Positions 58,859 through 64,000 of a stretch of 64,000 nt of DNA are shown here, piece after piece. Every line of letters begins with the position of its first letter. Position 1 is the first letter of the stretch. The notes below the pieces were generated by a model. That model was not told the DNA's origin. It saw only the letters and a program-made list of their open reading frames with translations, and ran no database searches. Both the position numbers and the translations under genes were made by a program. Origin of the DNA: a virus; IMG/VR virus record IMGVR_UViG_3300032236_000718, positions 100,429 to 164,428 of that record; one strand, given 5' to 3'.

Positions 58859-58887
58859 TGTACATATATGCACGACTGATATATAGT
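58859..58887 (+). promoter_or_regulatory. pre-replicative promoter TGTACA-N17-TATAGT
   Basis: Motif family member upstream of tRNA-Asn. Confidence 0.72.
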
Positions 58888-58904
58888 AAGAATATAGAGT
58901 TTAT

Positions 58905-58979
58905 TTCGTGGTGGCGCAGCGGTAGCGCAGTTGACTGTTAATCAATTGGTCGTAGGTTCGAATCCTACCCACGGAGCCA
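58905..58979 (+). tRNA. tRNA-Asn(GUU)
   Basis: CTGTTAA loop, G73, CCA. Confidence 0.94.
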
Positions 58980-59112
58980 TTTAGGTTGATCTCTTAATAG
59001 ATCCGCGAGAGTCATGGTCAGCTCTCAGTATCGGGAGGGTCTGGATGGAAACACTGGATCGTAATCTGCTGGCGTTTTAGCCAGCCTCCCGCCCAGTTTC
59101 TAGGAGTTAGTC

Positions 59113-59412
59113 ATGAAGTATATGGTGGATATCGATAATACAATCTGCGTCACTGAAAACCGTGACTACGAGAACTCTGTTCCTATCCAACATCGCATAG
59201 ACTATCTAAATCAACTCTTTGATGAAGGTAATGAGATTCATTACTGGACCGCTAGAGGTACTACTAGCGGCAAGGATTGGAATCATCTAACCATGTATCA
59301 GTTAAATGTGTGGGGATGTAAATATACATCTGCAAGAGTTGGTAAACCAGACTATGATGTTTGGATTGACGACAAGGCAGTTAACGACAGAGACTTCTTT
59401 CCACCCTTTTAG
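59113..59412 (+). CDS. HAD-superfamily phosphatase-like protein
   Basis: VDIDNT (DxDxT), WTARG, GKP.YD.WIDDK. Confidence 0.78.
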   Translation: MKYMVDIDNTICVTENRDYENSVPIQHRIDYLNQLFDEGNEIHYWTARGTTSGKDWNHLTMYQLNVWGCKYTSARVGKPDYDVWIDDKAVNDRDFFPPF

Positions 59413-59486
59413 CCCAAATAGCACAGCGGTAGTGCAATCGCCTTGTAAGCGATAGGTCGGGAGTTCAATCCTCTCTTTGGGCACCA
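59412..59486 (+). tRNA. tRNA-Thr(UGU)
   Basis: ATCGC-CTTGTAA-GCGAT arm, CCA. Confidence 0.93.
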
Positions 59487-59590
59487 TTTTGATCTAGGTA
59501 CCATTAGCCCACCCAGTGTCGACCATGTTTGGTGGAGCTTGTCGCAATCCTAGACAACATTCGAGCCAAGACGTGAGGCTCAGCTTATTT

Positions 59591-59667
59591 GAGGTAGTGC
59601 GTAGGAATGGTGACTACAGCGTCTGCAAAACGCGATTATATGGGTTCGAATCCCATCTACCTCTCCA
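59591..59667 (+). tRNA. tRNA-Cys(GCA)
   Basis: CTGCAAA loop, U73, CCA. Confidence 0.88.
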
Positions 59668-59673
59668 ATATCT

Positions 59674-59750
59674 GGCCTGTGAGTCGGCACGGTGAAGACG
59701 CTAGCCTGTCACGCTAGAGATGAGGGGATCGTTACCCCTACAGGTCGCCA
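59674..59750 (+). tRNA. tRNA-Asp(GUC)
   Basis: CTAGC-CTGTCAC-GCTAG arm, G73, CCA; atypical T loop ATCGTTA. Confidence 0.88.
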
Positions 59751-59758
59751 TATAAATA
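59751..59758 (+). promoter_or_regulatory. late promoter TATAAATA
   Basis: Consensus upstream of ORF 59787. Confidence 0.65.
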
Positions 59759-59786
59759 TATCATGAAACTAAATTGGAGTTATAAC

Positions 59787-60170
59787 ATGTCAGATAATGC
59801 TAGCATTGAACAAGCCCTTAAGACTGCTCTAGACACATTGGCCAAGACACCTATTAATCCTTCTGCACAAGCACTTAGCACAGATCCCGTTCCACCAGAG
59901 CATCACTTAGAACTCATTGGTAATGTGGCAAATATTGTTGACTATGTCACTACAGAGGTGGCAAAGCACAAGCAGCTTCTTAATATTCTTGAGACATTTA
60001 ACTCTAAGCTAAGTGACAGCCACTCTATCCTTAGCAATAAGGTTGTTGCTAATGTTGTAGAAGCAGAGAAGAAGAAGTGGTATCAACTGACCACCGCTCA
60101 CAAGATCGAGGTAGTCATCGTGGTAGTTCTTGCAGCTGTTGCAGTCTCTATCTTTAAGTTCCTACTCTAA
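59787..60170 (+). CDS. hypothetical protein with C-terminal membrane anchor
   Basis: VVIVVVLAAVAVSIFKFLL tail; GGAG SD before ATG 59787. Confidence 0.65.
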   Translation: MSDNASIEQALKTALDTLAKTPINPSAQALSTDPVPPEHHLELIGNVANIVDYVTTEVAKHKQLLNILETFNSKLSDSHSILSNKVVANVVEAEKKKWYQLTTAHKIEVVIVVVLAAVAVSIFKFLL

Positions 60171-60171
60171 T

Positions 60172-60245
60172 ATCAGTGAAGTGTTACGGTAGCACGACGG
60201 TCTCCAAAACCGCAAGCTAGGGTTCGACTCCCTACACTGGTGCCA
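60172..60245 (+). tRNA. tRNA-Trp(CCA)
   Basis: CTCCAAA loop, G73, CCA. Confidence 0.9.
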
Positions 60246-60246
60246 T

Positions 60247-60270
60247 CTCCTATAAATACGTTTATAGGAG
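60247..60270 (+). promoter_or_regulatory. late promoter embedded in an SD-sequestering hairpin
   Basis: CTCCTATAAA-TACG-TTTATAGGAG contains TATAAATA (60251-60258) and the AGGAG SD of ORF 60277. Confidence 0.8.
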
Positions 60271-60276
60271 TACATC

Positions 60277-60936
60277 ATGGCTAAGATCGGGGTATACAAG
60301 CATCATCCTTACTGTTCCGAAAACAGTGCTTCAGGCATCAGAGATGCTTTGGACCACTTTCATATTTGCCACTACTTCGATGAGACAGACATAACTCTGT
60401 CATTTCTCAAACAATTTGATCTAGTAGTTTTTCCTGGTGGTCTCGGGGATGCAGGCAAGTTTAATGAGATTTTTCATTGGAGAAATGCTGCTATCGTTAA
60501 CGAGTATGTAGAGTCCGGAGGAAAGTATCTTGGAATATGCATGGGTGCTTACTGGGCTGGTTCTAATTATTTTGATATTATCAACGGCATAGATACCGTA
60601 CAATATATCAAGAGACCAAATGCTGACATAACAAGAAGTTACGGCACAGTCGCAGAAGTCGAATGGCTTGGCGATAAAAAAGAGATGTACTTTTATGATG
60701 GTTGTGCTATAATAGGACCTGGAAATTACGACACAATAGCAAAGTATAAGAACGATGATCCTATGGCTGTTATACAGGGAAATGTCGGGCTTATAGGTTG
60801 TCATCCGGAGTCTGCCAAGTACTGGTATGATACATGGTCATATATGCCATCTAAGTGGCACAACAGAGAGCACTACTTCTTATTAAGAGATTTTGTCAGA
60901 AGAATGTTAGGATACTATGATGGAAGTAACATTTGA
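60277..60936 (+). CDS. class I glutamine-amidotransferase-like (BPL-N type) protein
   Basis: FPGG; GGKYLGICMGAY; GCHPE (Cys-His-Glu triad). Confidence 0.8.
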   Translation: MAKIGVYKHHPYCSENSASGIRDALDHFHICHYFDETDITLSFLKQFDLVVFPGGLGDAGKFNEIFHWRNAAIVNEYVESGGKYLGICMGAYWAGSNYFDIINGIDTVQYIKRPNADITRSYGTVAEVEWLGDKKEMYFYDGCAIIGPGNYDTIAKYKNDDPMAVIQGNVGLIGCHPESAKYWYDTWSYMPSKWHNREHYFLLRDFVRRMLGYYDGSNI

Positions 60937-61126
60937 GGATTTATTACTCTGGGAAGGCATTAGCCTTATTGATAGTATGGTTGCAGTTGGATTTGCAAAG
61001 AGTAAGTCTGAGGCACGTAGAATGATAGAGCAGGGTTCTATTAAAATAGACGATATAAAAGTAACTAACCTAAAGGCTGTACTACTGTTCAGCCCAGATA
61101 AGACTAAGCACTGTGTAGTGCATTAA
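60917..61126 (+). CDS. stand-alone S4 RNA-binding domain (TyrRS C-terminal-like)
   Basis: GFAKSKSEARRMIEQGSIKIDDIKV. Confidence 0.78.
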   Translation: MMEVTFEDLLLWEGISLIDSMVAVGFAKSKSEARRMIEQGSIKIDDIKVTNLKAVLLFSPDKTKHCVVH

Positions 61127-61127
61127 C

Positions 61128-61204
61128 GGATTCGTAGCTCAACTGAACAGAGCGCCGCGCTACGAACGCGGAGGTTAGAGGTTTGAGTCCTCTCGGGTCC
61201 TCCA
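61128..61204 (+). tRNA. tRNA-Arg(ACG)
   Basis: CCGCG-CTACGAA-CGCGG arm, CCA. Confidence 0.92.
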
Positions 61205-61220
61205 TAATAAGGGGTACACC

Positions 61221-61691
61221 ATGAAGAAGATTAATATAGAAGAAGTAAAAGAGTTCATCGCAGCTCAGTCTCCAGAGACAAAGATCTATATTGGTGGTGA
61301 CTCCGAACGCTTTAACATGAAGGGCCTGTGGTACGCAGACTACACGCTTGCTGTAGTCGTGCACTATGGTGGTAATCGTGGCTGTAAGATATTTGGTGAG
61401 GTGCAGCGCGAGCGTGACTTTGACCAGCAAAAAGACAAGCCACGCCTTAGACTTATGAACGAAGTCTACAAGATAGCTGACCTCTACATGAAACTAGATG
61501 AGGTACTGGAGGATAGATATGTGGAAGTGCATCTTGATATTAATCCAGATGATCATCACGGATCAAGTTGCGTTATCAATGAGGCAACAGGATATATTCG
61601 TGGAATGTGCAATGTTGTTCCTCTTGTTAAGCCAAATGCTTTTGCTGCTAGTTATGCCGCAGATAGGCTTAAAGAGATACTAGCAGCTTAA
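61221..61691 (+). CDS. YkuK-like RNase H-fold protein
   Basis: KIYIGGDS; RLMNEV; EVHLDIN; KP.AFAASYAAD. Confidence 0.8.
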   Translation: MKKINIEEVKEFIAAQSPETKIYIGGDSERFNMKGLWYADYTLAVVVHYGGNRGCKIFGEVQRERDFDQQKDKPRLRLMNEVYKIADLYMKLDEVLEDRYVEVHLDINPDDHHGSSCVINEATGYIRGMCNVVPLVKPNAFAASYAADRLKEILAA

Positions 61692-61706
61692 GATATATAG
61701 AGATAT

Positions 61707-61781
61707 GCGGATGTAGCTCAGTGGTAGAGCGCAACCTTGCCAAGGTTGATGTCGAGGGTTCGACCCCCTTCGTCCGCTCCA
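61707..61781 (+). tRNA. tRNA-Gly(GCC)
   Basis: CAACC-TTGCCAA-GGTTG arm, U73, CCA. Confidence 0.95.
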
Positions 61782-61797
61782 ACATAAAGGAAGACAC

Positions 61798-61917
61798 GTG
61801 TACAAGATGTTTAAAAGACTAGATAGAGTATTTGATTTTATAATCAAGATACTCTGGTTTGTACTCTTGTGCAAGTGGCTTGTAGGTGATCTTGATATCA
61901 AGACACTTATTCACTAA
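61798..61917 (+). CDS. small hydrophobic peptide (39 aa)
   Basis: GTG start after AAGGAA; FDFIIKILWFVLLCKWLV; fills the gap between the Gly tRNAs. Confidence 0.45.
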   Translation: MYKMFKRLDRVFDFIIKILWFVLLCKWLVGDLDIKTLIH

Positions 61918-61919
61918 TT

Positions 61920-61994
61920 GCGGGTGTAGCTCAGTGGTAGAGCTTCAGTTTTCCAAACTGACTGTCGAGGGTTCGATCCCCTTCGCCCGCTCCA
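61920..61994 (+). tRNA. tRNA-Gly(UCC)
   Basis: TCAGT-TTTCCAA-ACTGA arm, U73, CCA. Confidence 0.95.
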
Positions 61995-61997
61995 GAA

Positions 61998-62121
61998 TTC
62001 GGTAGGCAGTGTAATACATACGGTCATGAGTCGCTCTCATGGCGTGGTCGGGGAGGAAAGGTTCCTCATAACCATGGGAACCCGTGCACTGAAAAGAGGA
62101 TGCATACTCGTTCCTACCGAA
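61998..62121 (+). ncRNA. multi-branched ncRNA candidate
   Basis: Closing stem TTCGGTAGG/CCTACCGAA with several internal helices. Confidence 0.55.
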
Positions 62122-62139
62122 CTAATTTAGGAGTTTATT

Positions 62140-62907
62140 ATGATTTGGATCTTTAATAAAAAGAAGAAAATAAAGATAGATATCTTTACATATGATGAAG
62201 AAGCACTTCAGCATGCTCCTATATTAAAAGCACAACACTATATTCCAGAATGGTGGAAAAAACTACCAGTTACAAGTAAGAAGTATAATAATATCAAAGA
62301 AGCAGAAGAGGTTATGATCTTTGATAAAATAAAAAATGCAAATATGAAAAGATGTTTTGGGTTTGTTGAACTCTATAAAAGGGGATTTATACTACCTAGC
62401 TGGTCAGACTTTACATTTGATGTCAATAAAGAAAAAATAGCATATACATATATGCGTGGTAGAGAACCTAGCTTTCATAGTAAAGACCAATTCGAGGGTG
62501 CATTTACAGACTTCTCCCATATTAAGTTAGTCACACCGTGGTTTATAAGAGAGAAGAGCGGTATTAACTTTATATTTAAGGGTGATGTATGGAACAACCA
62601 TAATCAAAAGTTTCATATAGTAGACGGTATAGTACGATATGATGTATTATCTTCTACTAATATTAATATGATGTTTCCAAAATTAGATTACCCATATAAA
62701 ACAGTTATTAATTTTGGAGATCCTCTTATACATATAATTCCACTTGTTCCTGATGATGTAGAGATAGAATTCGATATGCATCTTAGAACAATAGAAGAGT
62801 GTAGAAATAGTATCGATGCTATTGCATTGACGAGAGCAGGTGGACCGCCGAGTGTTATAAAGTTTTTAAATAAAACAAAAAAGAATTCTGGCAAATGTCC
62901 ATTCTAG
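62140..62907 (+). CDS. hypothetical protein, paralogue A
   Basis: PEWWKKLP...ELYKRG...HIKLVTPWFIREKSG...FGDPLIHIIPL. Confidence 0.75.
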   Translation: MIWIFNKKKKIKIDIFTYDEEALQHAPILKAQHYIPEWWKKLPVTSKKYNNIKEAEEVMIFDKIKNANMKRCFGFVELYKRGFILPSWSDFTFDVNKEKIAYTYMRGREPSFHSKDQFEGAFTDFSHIKLVTPWFIREKSGINFIFKGDVWNNHNQKFHIVDGIVRYDVLSSTNINMMFPKLDYPYKTVINFGDPLIHIIPLVPDDVEIEFDMHLRTIEECRNSIDAIALTRAGGPPSVIKFLNKTKKNSGKCPF

Positions 62908-62916
62908 AGGTAGATA

Positions 62917-63657
62917 ATGTTTATCTTTAATAAAAAGAAAAAGATAGTTGTCGACTGCTTTACATATAATATAGCAGCTTATGATTTTGTACCTATTGTA
63001 AATAGTTACGAGTGTGTTCCTGATTGGTGGATGTCTCTTCCACATAAAAATAAAGACTTCAGTAATACAAGAAAAGTCTCTATGATACGCGAGAGACACC
63101 CTGATATAGTTAATATGAGAGACTCATATGAGTTTACTGAATTATATAAGAGGGGAATAGTAATAAGAAGCTGGTGTGATCTATTCATTGAGTGCCATAC
63201 AAATGGTAAGATTGGATATGTCTATAGTAACGGTTTATCTCCTACTATAAATGTAAAAAGCCATTATGGAACTGGATTTAAGAACTATCATAATATTAAG
63301 TTGTCTTCTCCATGGTTTCTTAGGGAAAAGACTGGTCTTCCATTTTTAATGACCGGTTGTGGGTGGAACCTAGATGACTTACCAATAAGCATTTTAAATG
63401 GTGTAACTAATTTTAATGTATCTTGTAATACGGATATCGATACAATAATTCCTATTCCAAAGATAGAAACTAGTAAAATAAATATTGAGTTTGGAAGACC
63501 TCTACTGCAGATCATTCCACTAGATAGTGATACTGATTTTGAGTTTAAGTGTCACTATACTACTAAAGAAGAGTGCTTAAAGCTTCAGAGCTTATCTAGA
63601 AGCTTTTTTGGTGGTTCACTGTCTGCATTTAAGTTTTTAAATAGATCGCGCGTGTGA
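62917..63657 (+). CDS. hypothetical protein, paralogue B
   Basis: PDWWMSLP...ELYKRG...IKLSSPWFLREKTG...FGRPLLQIIPL. Confidence 0.75.
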   Translation: MFIFNKKKKIVVDCFTYNIAAYDFVPIVNSYECVPDWWMSLPHKNKDFSNTRKVSMIRERHPDIVNMRDSYEFTELYKRGIVIRSWCDLFIECHTNGKIGYVYSNGLSPTINVKSHYGTGFKNYHNIKLSSPWFLREKTGLPFLMTGCGWNLDDLPISILNGVTNFNVSCNTDIDTIIPIPKIETSKINIEFGRPLLQIIPLDSDTDFEFKCHYTTKEECLKLQSLSRSFFGGSLSAFKFLNRSRV

Positions 63658-63724
63658 CGGAATTGGTATACGTACTAGTCTTAGAAACTAGGTTCTGGGG
63701 GTTCAAGTCCCTCCATGCGCACCA
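63648..63724 (+). tRNA. tRNA-Leu(UAG), short variable loop
   Basis: CTAGT-CTTAGAA-ACTAG arm, A73, CCA. Confidence 0.9.
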
Positions 63725-63740
63725 AATTTAGGAGAACCAT

Positions 63741-63911
63741 ATGGATGAGGAGATGGAGAAAGAAGACTTCTCTATTGCATTCTGGGAATGGTTTGATTCC
63801 CTAGCTCGTGTAGAGAAAGAGAGATTCTGGAACTACGGAGCCGATATGGCTAAGATATACTTTTACAATAAGTATTGGGTTAAGAGAAAGGCTACCTTAG
63901 CACAGTGGTAG
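63741..63911 (+). CDS. hypothetical protein (56 aa, aromatic-rich)
   Basis: AGGAG SD; FWEWFD...FWNY...YFYNKYW; stop inside tRNA-Thr. Confidence 0.6.
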   Translation: MDEEMEKEDFSIAFWEWFDSLARVEKERFWNYGADMAKIYFYNKYWVKRKATLAQW

Positions 63912-63965
63912 TGCACATCATTGGTAATGATGAGGTCGACAGTTCGATCCTGTCAGGTAGCACCA
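63891..63965 (+). tRNA. tRNA-Thr(GGU)
   Basis: CATCA-TTGGTAA-TGATG arm, CCA. Confidence 0.94.
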
Positions 63966-63966
63966 T

Positions 63967-63992
63967 AAAAAAGGGGAGCCGAAGCTCCCCTT
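63967..63992. terminator. intrinsic terminator, best T-tract on the - strand (possibly bidirectional)
   Basis: A-run then GGGGAGC-CGAA-GCTCCCC then TT. Confidence 0.75.
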
Positions 63993-64000
63993 AATATAAG

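Noticed and set aside
61799-61830. TGTACA at 61799 as another promoter
   Set aside because: No TAnnnT box at 16-17 nt spacing.
718-63515. Numerous minus-strand and alternate-frame ORFs of 60-160 aa
   Set aside because: Shadow frames of well-supported + strand genes.

Overview
A 64 kb segment of a large T4-like myophage genome, with essentially all real genes on the + strand. Left to right: (1-25 kb) giant Asn/Thr/Ser/Gly-rich tail-fibre and LamG adhesin genes, a 2OG-Fe(II) oxygenase, a fibre with a C-terminal S74 chaperone and a Gly-rich adhesin; (25-39 kb) the T4 neck/terminase/tail/head module gp13-gp23 plus gp3; (39-45 kb) uvsY, uvsW, gp55, gp47/46 and peptide deformylase; (45-53 kb) a DNA-modification cluster around a T4 gp42-like dCMP hydroxymethylase with amino-acid:DNA-transferase-like, PLP, SGNH and glycosyltransferase-like genes; (53-56 kb) gp45/44/62/regA; (56-64 kb) 18 tRNAs interleaved with small ORFs and structured non-coding RNAs. 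The tRNA-His (no G-1, G1:U72, A73) points to an alphaproteobacterial host. Top candidates for a new system: (i) two apparent translation-coupled attenuators gating the tRNA array, the first with a 35-codon leader peptide sampling 18 amino acids and 27 codons, a possible tRNA-pool sensor; (ii) a ~755 nt multi-pseudoknot RNA directly behind it; (iii) a possible amino-acid-type hypermodification of hydroxymethylcytosine. All assignments come from motif recognition and manual base-pair inspection; no searches or folding were run.
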